Under the pieces are notes generated by a model, which was not told where the DNA came from, searched no databases, and was given only the letters and a program-made list of their open reading frames with translations. Positions 50,348-58,380 of a DNA stretch of 64,000 bases are shown here, piece by piece. Source of the DNA: Chloroflexota bacterium (GTDB taxonomy: Bacteria > Chloroflexota > Chloroflexia > QHBQ01); the NCBI GenBank assembly GCA_043754535.1, contig JAYUUN010000001.1, positions 461 to 64,460 on the forward strand, written 5' to 3'. The stretch's first letter is position 1, and every line of letters starts with the position of its first letter. Made by a program: the position numbers and the translations under genes.

Positions 50348-52147
50348 TTGGCTGCCGCACCCCCCCCTCGCTGGCAACGCTGCTGGCTGCCCGCCAGCAT
50401 CCTGCTTCTGCTCGTTGCCCTGACGCTGAGGGTTTGGGGCCACAACTGGGACGCGAACCAGCACCTCAATGCCGATGATATGTTTGTGGCAAAGGAGGTG
50501 ATCAAGCGGGTGCAGTGGCCCACCGACCCCGCCACCCTGCTCGACCCTCAGGCCAGCCCGCTCAACCCTCGGCGCGGCGGCGAGTTCTACGTCTACGGCA
50601 CCCTGCCGCTCTACCTGGTACGGGCTACTGTCTCCTTGCTCACGGCAGTCAGCGGCGACCGCTACTTCAGCGGCTACGACGGCATCTTGCAGACGGGCCG
50701 TATCCTCTCTGCCACCTTCGATACCCTCACCCTGCTGCTGGTTGGGCTGGTTGGCTGGCGGCTGTGGGGGCGGTGGCCCGGTTTGTTGGCAGCCAGCTTC
50801 TACGCCTTTGCCATCGTGCCAATCCAGCACAGCCACTTCTACATCGTGGATGTGTTCATGACTACCTTCATGACCGCTACCCTGCTGTGCAGCCTTCTCT
50901 ACCTTTACTCACCGCCTCCTGCTACCCCGCGGTTGGATGGAGCGAAGTGGTTGCTGCTGGCGGGGGTGGCAGTGGGGCTAGCGATGGCCTGCAAAGTCAG
51001 TGCTGCGCCAGTAGCAGTGCTGCCCCTTGCCGCATTGCTGCTGCGCGCTGGGCTGAGTTGGCGGCGAGTACTTGGCGGTGGCGGATTGCTGTTGCTGGGG
51101 GCGGTGGTCGCCTTCGCTCTGGCCGACCCCTACGCCGTGCTGGATGCGCGTTCCTATCTGGCGGTGCTGAGTACGCAGGCGGACATCCAGAATGGGGTGG
51201 TAGACCAGTGGTTCAGCCGCAAGTACGTAGGTACTCTCCCCTTCTTCTATCTGGGTGGGCAGGCGATCCTGCTGGCGGTCGGGCCGCTGGTCGGGCTGGC
51301 GGGGCTGGCCGGGGCGATCCTGGTTGCGCTATGGGCAGTGCGCGAAAGGGCGGCAGCGGACTGGCTGCTGCTGCTGGGTGCTTTCGGCTACTTCTTTAGC
51401 GTGGCTTTCGTAGAGATCAAGTGGGTGCGCTATTTGCTGCCGCTCACCCCCTACTGCTGCCTGTTCGCTACTGCACTCTGCGTGTGGCTCACCCCCACCT
51501 TGCTTCCCCTGTCGCGGGCGGCGAGGAGAGGTATAGTAGGCTGGGTCGTGGCGGGGGTGCTGCTGGCTTCGGCAATGGTAGGGGCGGTGGCGATCATGCC
51601 GATCTACCTGACCACGCACACGCAGATTGCGGCTTCGCAGTGGCTCTACGCCAACGTGCCGCTGGGGGCGCGGATCGGCATCGAGACTACGACGACTGGG
51701 CTACCGCTGCCGCTGCCCGGCCACCAGCCTGCGAAGGAGTACAAGATCGTTCCCTTCGACCCGCTGGCCGACTTCCCCAGCCCACAGGCGGCGACCAACC
51801 TGCGCGACTGGCTGCAACAGAGCGACTACCTGGTGATAGACTTGACTCAGGCCGACCTGACGGTGCCGCGTCTACCCTGGCGTTATCCAGTCCAGGCGCG
51901 CTTCTATGCGCTGCTGAAGGCTGGGCAACTGGGTTTCGCTCCCCTGCTGACCGCCACATCCTACCCACGCATCGGTGGCCTGAGCTTTGCCGACGACGGC
52001 GGCTGGGTTGATGCGTCGTTCATGGACGCTTCGCACCCGCCGATCCGTATCTTCTACAAGCAACGTAGCCTGACGGATAGCGAGTGGAGTGGCCTGTTTG
52101 CCTCCGCCGTGCAGCAACCCTCGGTCGCCAGCCGCCGCGCTCCCTGA
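50348..52147 (+). CDS. GT-C fold (GT39/ArnT-like) phospholipid-carrier-dependent glycosyltransferase
   Basis: Polytopic membrane protein. First loop HNWDANQHLNADDMFVAKEV (acidic DD loop motif), then GTLPLYLV... and a large C-terminal extracytoplasmic domain. TTG start 2 nt after the upstream stop. Confidence 0.6.
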   Translation: MAAAPPPRWQRCWLPASILLLLVALTLRVWGHNWDANQHLNADDMFVAKEVIKRVQWPTDPATLLDPQASPLNPRRGGEFYVYGTLPLYLVRATVSLLTAVSGDRYFSGYDGILQTGRILSATFDTLTLLLVGLVGWRLWGRWPGLLAASFYAFAIVPIQHSHFYIVDVFMTTFMTATLLCSLLYLYSPPPATPRLDGAKWLLLAGVAVGLAMACKVSAAPVAVLPLAALLLRAGLSWRRVLGGGGLLLLGAVVAFALADPYAVLDARSYLAVLSTQADIQNGVVDQWFSRKYVGTLPFFYLGGQAILLAVGPLVGLAGLAGAILVALWAVRERAAADWLLLLGAFGYFFSVAFVEIKWVRYLLPLTPYCCLFATALCVWLTPTLLPLSRAARRGIVGWVVAGVLLASAMVGAVAIMPIYLTTHTQIAASQWLYANVPLGARIGIETTTTGLPLPLPGHQPAKEYKIVPFDPLADFPSPQAATNLRDWLQQSDYLVIDLTQADLTVPRLPWRYPVQARFYALLKAGQLGFAPLLTATSYPRIGGLSFADDGGWVDASFMDASHPPIRIFYKQRSLTDSEWSGLFASAVQQPSVASRRAP

Positions 52148-52364
52148 GCAGGCGAGGGTGCGGCGGCTATTTACCCGCCTCTTACCTGCGCTCACTTGTA
52201 TTTACCCCAGCATCTTATTATTGGCACAGATAGCAGGCAGCCACGTTCTCCGCTCGGCACAGCTATTGCTACAACCTATGCTAGCGATAGGTGGGGGCTA
52301 TGGCAAGGCCCGTGCTTGTTTATGGCCTGTTCATGCAAATCATACACTAACCAGGCTGGGGCTT

Positions 52365-52373
52365 TGTTATAAT
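52365..52373 (+). promoter_or_regulatory. extended -10 promoter candidate (TGTTATAAT) embedded in a TTGTTA-N6-TAACAA inverted repeat
   Basis: TATAAT at 52368-52373 and inverted repeat at 52364-52381. AAGGAGG before ATG 52455. Confidence 0.4.
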
Positions 52374-52454
52374 TGTAACAAACGAGGCAGGCTCAAAGGC
52401 GAGCGGCGGGTTCAAGGGTGAACATGGTGGCTGCTGCAAGTTGAAGGAGGCTGA

Positions 52455-53546
52455 ATGATGAACACAAACAAGATGCGCTGGCTGAGCGGCGTGGTTGCAC
52501 TGGGACTGGCTCTGCTACCGGGGTTGGCTAGCGCGCACGAGAAGTGGTTTGCCGACCATACCCCCGACCCGATTGACTCGAAGTACATCTTCTCCCTGCA
52601 AACACTGCTTGCTATTGGCGCGGCGGGGCTGGCCGTGCTACTGGTGCGGTTGATTGAGCCGTGGATGAAGCGTAAGTTCCCGATCCTTGGTCAGTCGTTG
52701 CCTGCCACCTTCTCCAACGACCGGCTGCAACTGATCTATGACTGGATACCCATGATCATGGCAATCCACGTGGCGGTGCCGCTGATCGTCAACGGGATTA
52801 CTCTACACCTGTTCGCCCCCAACCTTGCGCTGCCCGGTAATATCCTCGGCGGTTTCGTTGCACTGGCCCAGGTGGTGGTTGCCCTCGGCTTTATCTACGG
52901 CGCACTGACTCGCTATGTGGCGGTGGTGCTGGTGGTGCTGTTCTTCAGCGGCTTTCTGTTCTTCCCACCGCTCTACGTGCTGGAACACTTCAACTTCGTT
53001 GGCATCGCCGCCTTCTTCTACCTGCTGGGACGAGGCCGCTTCTCGGTGGATAATCTGGTTGGCCTGCCAGGGCAGAACAGGATGGTGAACCTGGCGGTGC
53101 CAGCCCTGCGCGTCGCCACGGGTATCACCCTGATCGTCCTTGCGTTGACGGAGAAGCTGTGGAACCCCCAGCAGGCACTTGCCTTCTTGGAACAGCGGCC
53201 CGACTTCTACTTCCTGCCTGCGCTTGGTCTCGGTGGGTTGGGCAAGGAGTTCTTCATCTACGCAGCGGGGATCGTCGAGTTCGTCTTCGGCGTGTTGGTG
53301 TTGAACGGGCGACTACTGCGCTTCCTCACCTTCTTCCTCTGGCTGCCCTTTAATCTCACCCTCGTCTACCTCGGTTGGCCCGAACTGGTTGGTCATCTGC
53401 CGATCTACGGCACGATGCTGATCCTGTTGTTCTTTGGCGATGTGCAGCCAGAGTGGGTTAGCCTGACCGCCCTCAATCCCTTCCGTCGCCAGTCTGCCGC
53501 TAGCCCGCAGGTAGCAATCAGCAAGACCGTGGAGGCCGAACGGTAG
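52455..53546 (+). CDS. polytopic membrane protein (hypothetical; DoxX-like segments possible)
   Basis: Signal-like MRWLSGVVALGLALLPGLASA followed by about 9 hydrophobic segments. No catalytic motif recognised. Confidence 0.45.
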   Translation: MMNTNKMRWLSGVVALGLALLPGLASAHEKWFADHTPDPIDSKYIFSLQTLLAIGAAGLAVLLVRLIEPWMKRKFPILGQSLPATFSNDRLQLIYDWIPMIMAIHVAVPLIVNGITLHLFAPNLALPGNILGGFVALAQVVVALGFIYGALTRYVAVVLVVLFFSGFLFFPPLYVLEHFNFVGIAAFFYLLGRGRFSVDNLVGLPGQNRMVNLAVPALRVATGITLIVLALTEKLWNPQQALAFLEQRPDFYFLPALGLGGLGKEFFIYAAGIVEFVFGVLVLNGRLLRFLTFFLWLPFNLTLVYLGWPELVGHLPIYGTMLILLFFGDVQPEWVSLTALNPFRRQSAASPQVAISKTVEAER

Positions 53547-53558
53547 CACGGTCAGTGG

Positions 53559-53588
53559 CAGGGGTGCATCCACCAGGATGCACCCCTG
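53559..53588 (+). terminator. 13-bp perfect stem-loop after the membrane protein gene (terminator-like, no U-tract)
   Basis: CAGGGGTGCATCC-ACCA-GGATGCACCCCTG, 13 nt after the stop. Confidence 0.45.
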
Positions 53589-53879
53589 CGCCAGTTGTTC
53601 ACTGCTCGCAGGCTGGCTACTGGTAAGCCCTCACGATCACCCTGCCACTTGCCGCCACCAATTCTGCTGCCCACACCGCGCTCATGCAGGGATTGTTGGT
53701 TGGTGTTGGTTGCGGCCCACCAAGGAAAAAGCCCCTGGCCCTTGCAGCGGCACTGGACAGGCAGTACTGGCGTGCGATAGTGTATGGGGATGGCTAGCCT
53801 GGTTTGCAAGTGGCTGGCAATCTGGCGACCTGCTTACCGTTGCTGGTTGAGAGGCTGACCGGTTTGTATTATGTTCTCC

Positions 53880-54794
53880 TTATCTTGAGCTGACGAACTG
53901 CCAGAAGGCCACCGCTGCCGGGCTGGGCTGCTGGCGGGTGGAGCGCACCAGGTAGGCGGCGAGCGGCACATTGAGGACAGTAGCCACAGCATCTACGTTG
54001 CTGAAAGGGTGTTCGATGGCGCAAAGAGCAGCGGTCAGGCGGCTACGCGGTACGAAGCCAACCCCCGCTCCTGCCTCAATCGCCAACGCGATCTCCTCAC
54101 CCGCTGCCAGTTCCAGGCTGGCGTTCACCTCGCGGCTAATCAGGCCGCGCTCCTCGAAGGCCTCCTCAATGGCAGCCCGCACCTCGCTGCCAGGCAGCGG
54201 GAGAATGAGGGGCTGCATCGCTAGTTCGCCCAGTTCCAGCGGCTCACTGTCGTGCAGATTAGCCCAGGGGTGGCCGCTTGGCACCGCTAGCACCAACTCC
54301 TCGGTGACCAGCAGCACGCTCTCGAAGCTACGCCCAGCAGGGCTGCTGCCGAAGATCGCCCCGTCCGCTTCACCTACCCTCAGGTTTGCCAGAGCCACCT
54401 CCTCGCTCGTGGTTGGCGCACTGATACTGATGGCAGGGTGAACACCTTGGAAGGTGGCGAACAGACGCGGCCACTCGCGCTGACCAAAGCTGGTCACCAG
54501 AACGATGGTCAGCCGTCCACCCGTCTGCGCCTCGTTGACGCTGAGGAAGACACGCTCGGTGCGCCCAGCACTGTCCAGCAGTTGGCGGGTGGGGACGATC
54601 AACTGGCGGCCCTGCTCGGTTGGCTCCAACCGTTGCCCCTTGCGCTCGAACAGCTTTAGTTGGAAGCGATCCTCCATTGCCCGCATCTGCAAGCTGATCG
54701 CAGGCTGGGTCATGTGCAGCCTCTTGGCCGCCGCACTGTAGCTGCCTTCCTCGATCACAGTGAGGAAAATCTCCAACTGGTAGAGGTTGATCAC
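53880..54794 (-). CDS. LysR-family transcriptional regulator
   Basis: MINLYQLEIFLTVIEEGSYSAAAKRLHMTQPAISLQMRAMEDRFQLKLFER (HTH) plus a LysR substrate domain. The GTG start overlaps the tatD stop (GTGA). Confidence 0.85.
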   Translation of the reverse strand: MINLYQLEIFLTVIEEGSYSAAAKRLHMTQPAISLQMRAMEDRFQLKLFERKGQRLEPTEQGRQLIVPTRQLLDSAGRTERVFLSVNEAQTGGRLTIVLVTSFGQREWPRLFATFQGVHPAISISAPTTSEEVALANLRVGEADGAIFGSSPAGRSFESVLLVTEELVLAVPSGHPWANLHDSEPLELGELAMQPLILPLPGSEVRAAIEEAFEERGLISREVNASLELAAGEEIALAIEAGAGVGFVPRSRLTAALCAIEHPFSNVDAVATVLNVPLAAYLVRSTRQQPSPAAVAFWQFVSSR

Positions 54795-55609
54795 GGCTGA
54801 CCCTCCGGTAGGCTGAATAGGCGGTAGGCGTTGGCGGTGGTCGCTGCTGCCAGGGCCGCGAGGCTAATGCCACGCAACTCTGCGACGGCAGCGGCGGTGT
54901 AGGTGAGGTAGGCCGGTTCGTTGCGCCGCCCCCGATAAGGCACGGGGGTGAGATAGGGGCAGTCGCTCTCCAACAACAGGCGATCCAGCGGCACGGCGCG
55001 GGCGGCCTCATGGCGGGCCTGCGCCTGCTTGAAAGTGACTGGCCCAGCAATGGAGATGTAGTAGCCGAGGGCCAACGATTGCTCAAGCATCTCGCTGCTG
55101 CCGCTGAAGCAGTGCATTACCCCCCGTGTGCCGGCCCCAAACTCGCGCACGCAGGCGATCACATCTGCGTCGGCCTCGCGGTTGTGGACGACCAGCGGCA
55201 GGTCAAACTCTCGTGCAAGCTCCAGATGAGCGGCGAAGTTGGCCCGCTGCTGGGTCGGAGTGGTCCAGTCGCGGTAGTAGTCCAGCCCCGTCTCGCCCAA
55301 GCCAACGACCAGACTGCGGTTGGCAGTCAACAACCGCCGCAGATCGGCCCAGACCGCCGGGCTGTAGAGGTTCGCATCGTTGGGGTGCAGGCCCAGGGTG
55401 ACGCGTAGCCAGGGGTACTCTGCTGCCAAAGCCAGGCTACGCCGCCAGCCCTCAGGCTCGAAGGCGACCTGCACGAAAGTTACCCCCGCCGCCAACGCCC
55501 GCGCAACAACTGCCCCGCGATCCTGATCGAAGGCCGCCTGATCTACATGGGCGTGGGTGTCTACCAGGTGGATGCTGGGGGCGATAAGTGGTGGCATAGT
55601 ATCTTGCAT
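54791..55609 (-). CDS. tatD: TatD-family metal-dependent hydrolase/DNase
   Basis: LVDTHAHVD, LGLHPND, GETGLDYY, VVHNREA, VMHCFSG, LLESDCPYL. Confidence 0.85.
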   Translation of the reverse strand: MQDTMPPLIAPSIHLVDTHAHVDQAAFDQDRGAVVARALAAGVTFVQVAFEPEGWRRSLALAAEYPWLRVTLGLHPNDANLYSPAVWADLRRLLTANRSLVVGLGETGLDYYRDWTTPTQQRANFAAHLELAREFDLPLVVHNREADADVIACVREFGAGTRGVMHCFSGSSEMLEQSLALGYYISIAGPVTFKQAQARHEAARAVPLDRLLLESDCPYLTPVPYRGRRNEPAYLTYTAAAVAELRGISLAALAAATTANAYRLFSLPEGQP

Positions 55610-55615
55610 TGCTAG

Positions 55616-55624
55616 ATTATACCA
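55616..55624 (-). promoter_or_regulatory. extended -10 promoter (TGGTATAAT), 6 nt before ATG 55609 (leaderless candidate)
   Basis: The minus strand reads TGGTATAAT-CTAGCA-ATG. Confidence 0.5.
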
Positions 55625-55625
55625 C

Positions 55626-55651
55626 AGAAAAAGCGCACAAACCGTGCGCTT
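55626..55651 (-). terminator. Rho-independent terminator after the ZnF-UBP gene
   Basis: Minus strand AAGCGCAC-GGTTT-GTGCGCTT followed by TTTCT. Confidence 0.7.
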
Positions 55652-55678
55652 CTCCGTACTGCGGCTGGCTAACCCGGC

Positions 55679-55957
55679 TCAGGCCGGTTCCATCATCACC
55701 TCGTCAATGTAGCACCACACCCAGTCTTCGCCGGGCTGAAAGGACTGCACCAGCGGATGCTGGGTGGTATGAAAGTGCTTGGTGGCGTGCTTGTTCTTCG
55801 ACGAGTCGCAGCAACCGACATGGCCGCATTCCAGGCACATCCGCAGATGCACCCAGGTGTCGCCTATCTTGAGACAATCTTCGCAGCCCTCTGCGCCGGG
55901 GTTAACATCTGCGATCTGATCGAGGTGGGAGCAGGGTGCTTCTTGCTGGCTGGTCAT
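55679..55957 (-). CDS. UBP-type zinc-finger (ZnF-UBP) domain protein
   Basis: CSHLDQI..CEDCLKIGDTWVHLRMCLECGHVGCCDSSKNKHATKHFHTTQHP Cys/His pattern. AGGAGG 6 nt before ATG 55957. A GTG at 55999 overlapping the upstream stop is the longest alternative. Confidence 0.7.
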   Translation of the reverse strand: MTSQQEAPCSHLDQIADVNPGAEGCEDCLKIGDTWVHLRMCLECGHVGCCDSSKNKHATKHFHTTQHPLVQSFQPGEDWVWCYIDEVMMEPA

Positions 55958-55995
55958 CGGTTCCTCCTGATTGGTTAACTGGCTAATAGCTCCAA

Positions 55996-56823
55996 TCACA
56001 GCACTTCCTGGGCCACCTGGGGCAGGATCAGGGCAATAGTACGGTCGTCATCGCTGCCTTCGAGGTAGCTGATCAGTGCGAGCAGGCGGGGGCCAGCGGT
56101 GGCGGTTGGCAGGTTGGCGCAGTCGCGCAACAAGGCACCCATCTTCGCAGGCGGCTTGTCGTAGTCATTGCTGACCCCGTCGCTGAACAAGGCGCAGAGG
56201 CGTGGTGGGCTGGGCCACGTATCGTAGACGCAGATTAGCTTGCGCCAGTCGTCGGGGCCAGTGGCGGTCAGGTGGCGGATCGGCACGGTTGGGTGGCCGA
56301 GGTAGGCGATGGTGTCGTCAGCCAGCAAGGCCGCCAACGCGCCGTCCCCAATAGAGGCAACGGCCACCATATTGTTGCCCGGTTGGTGGGCAAGCAGCAG
56401 CAGGGTAGTGTCGAAGGTGCGTACCCCAACCTTGCGCCGCTCGGCCTCGCGCTCAAGGGCATCACGGCCTGCCTGCACCGCCGCCAGCATCACCTCGCGC
56501 ATTGTGCCAACACTGACCAGGCTGCCGTGCTGCCAGAGGCTGGCGGCAAGCTGTGCGCTGGCGGCGGCGACTGCTACGTTGCTGGCTTGCAGAGGGAACT
56601 GCACGGGGGTCGCGCCGTCAGCCAGAGCAAGGATGTTCCAGCCTGCTGCTACTTGGAGCAGCACGCTGTCTTCGCGCTGGCCGCCCTTCTTCAGGTGCGC
56701 TCGGCCAATCTGGCTGGCAGCTACCAACTGCCGCCTACCAACCCCGCTGAGAGTAGCAACCATCTGCTGGGCTACCGGCTCAAAGGACTCGTTCACTCCG
56801 CCCACCTGCTCGTTCTCGCTCAT
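55996..56823 (-). CDS. PP2C-like (PF13672-type) protein phosphatase domain protein
   Basis: IGRAHLKKGGQREDSVLL, ILALADGA, ASIGDGALAAL, LFSDGVSND. GGAGG before ATG 56823. Confidence 0.55.
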   Translation of the reverse strand: MSENEQVGGVNESFEPVAQQMVATLSGVGRRQLVAASQIGRAHLKKGGQREDSVLLQVAAGWNILALADGATPVQFPLQASNVAVAAASAQLAASLWQHGSLVSVGTMREVMLAAVQAGRDALEREAERRKVGVRTFDTTLLLLAHQPGNNMVAVASIGDGALAALLADDTIAYLGHPTVPIRHLTATGPDDWRKLICVYDTWPSPPRLCALFSDGVSNDYDKPPAKMGALLRDCANLPTATAGPRLLALISYLEGSDDDRTIALILPQVAQEVL

Positions 56824-57010
56824 CCGCTTACCTCCACGCTTATTGTACCGCAAAAGAGGGCCGTGCAACATCACCAGCCTATTAGATTTGTTATTGAACC
56901 AGGTAAGCGGCTGGGGACTCGTCGTTCTTCACACTGGCACGCTTTTTGCAAGCAGAATCCATATTACTTGAACCCTATTATATCTATGCAACCAAAAGGA
57001 CAATCTAGCA

Positions 57011-58330
57011 ATGGCGCAATCCAGCCCATCACTTGCCGAACAAAGTGATACTCCCAACGACGACCGCCTGCAAACCCTCGCCCGCATTGCCCGCCAGATC
57101 AGCGGCAGGGTTAACTTCAGTGCTGTCGCCCTCAATATCGTGCAGGCTGCTGCCATGCTCACCCAGGCGAAGGGTGCCTCCTTCATGGTAGTGGAGGAGG
57201 ATGCGGGGCGGCTTTTCGTGCGCGAAGGTCACAACATTGACCGCCGCTTCACTGCCGACCAGCAAGTACCCTGGGGTACGCGCCTGATCGACCTGCTCAC
57301 CGTTGCGGCCCACCCGATCACCAGCACGAACATCACGGCGACCGAGCCCTCTCCCTTCCGCGACTTCGCCGCTGCGGTTGGCTTCGACAGCTACTACGGC
57401 CTGCCCGTGCGCTCTGGCACCCTCACTGCTGGCCTGCTCAATCTATATTGGGCCGACTCCGACCGCCAGCCCTCAGCGGCAGAGGAAACGATGCTCGACG
57501 GCCTGGCAGCACTGGCCGCGATGCTGATTGATCGCTCGAACCTCGATAAAGTGGAGGAGGCAAGTCGGCGCAAGCAGGATTGCTTCGCAAGTTACAAGAG
57601 AGAGTTCGCTTCGCTCGTTTCACACCAGATGCGAACCCCGCTCACCTCGATCAAGGGCTTCGCTCAGTTGCTGGTGCGCCAGCAGAACACGACCACTGGG
57701 GGTACTAATGCCGCCCGCTATGGCACCACGATCCTCGGCGAAACCAACCGCCTTGCCGACCTGATCACCAACATGACCGACCTCTCGCAGATGGAGGTGG
57801 CGATGGTGGAGATGCGAGTGCAAGTAATCAACATCAACAATATGATTAATGAGTGCCTGTTGGATGTGGCGGCGATTAACAAACCAGCGGTGGTGCATCT
57901 CAACCTGGAGCCGAACCTGCCGATCTGCGAAGGGGATAGCCAATATCTACGCACCCTGCTAACCGACCTGTTGTACCGCTTTGGCCGTCTCGGTCCTCTA
58001 GAGTTGACTACTACCCAGCTTAACGAGGAAGGTACAGAGATAGCCGGTGCAGTTGCTGTCCGCTTCCTGCTGGATGCGGCGTTGGCCCAAGAGGCAGGAC
58101 TGATCACTGACGTAGCTAATTTCCACCTGCGCCAGGCTGTTGACGGCTCCGTGGATAGCGACAACAAGGCGATCTACATAGCTAAGAACCTGCTTGAAGT
58201 AATGGGCGGTGTACTCAAGGCCGAACAGGTAGGCGACGATCAGGGGCGGGCCAGCCTGCATTACACTATCACCCTGCCCACCCTGAGGAATCGGTTGGCT
58301 AGCAGCGGTCTGGCGGCGAACAATCCTTGA
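57011..58330 (+). CDS. GAF-domain histidine kinase-like protein with degenerate ATP-binding domain
   Basis: N-terminal GAF-like region. H-box FASLVSHQMRTPLTSIKGF. The C-terminal CA-like fold lacks recognisable N, G1 and G2 boxes (LLTDLLYRFG; LLDAALAQ; DNKAIYIAKNLLEVMGG). Confidence 0.65.
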   Translation: MAQSSPSLAEQSDTPNDDRLQTLARIARQISGRVNFSAVALNIVQAAAMLTQAKGASFMVVEEDAGRLFVREGHNIDRRFTADQQVPWGTRLIDLLTVAAHPITSTNITATEPSPFRDFAAAVGFDSYYGLPVRSGTLTAGLLNLYWADSDRQPSAAEETMLDGLAALAAMLIDRSNLDKVEEASRRKQDCFASYKREFASLVSHQMRTPLTSIKGFAQLLVRQQNTTTGGTNAARYGTTILGETNRLADLITNMTDLSQMEVAMVEMRVQVININNMINECLLDVAAINKPAVVHLNLEPNLPICEGDSQYLRTLLTDLLYRFGRLGPLELTTTQLNEEGTEIAGAVAVRFLLDAALAQEAGLITDVANFHLRQAVDGSVDSDNKAIYIAKNLLEVMGGVLKAEQVGDDQGRASLHYTITLPTLRNRLASSGLAANNP

Positions 58331-58380
58331 TTCAGAAGTCTTGACCTCAAACCAAGCGAAAGTGCAAGGAGAAGCGGGTT

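Noticed and set aside
52455-52545. Mature N-terminal His (ASA/HEKWF) as a copper histidine-brace like CopC/LPMO.
   Set aside because: Only ~25 residues precede the first TM segment, so there is no folded domain to form a brace. Pure speculation.
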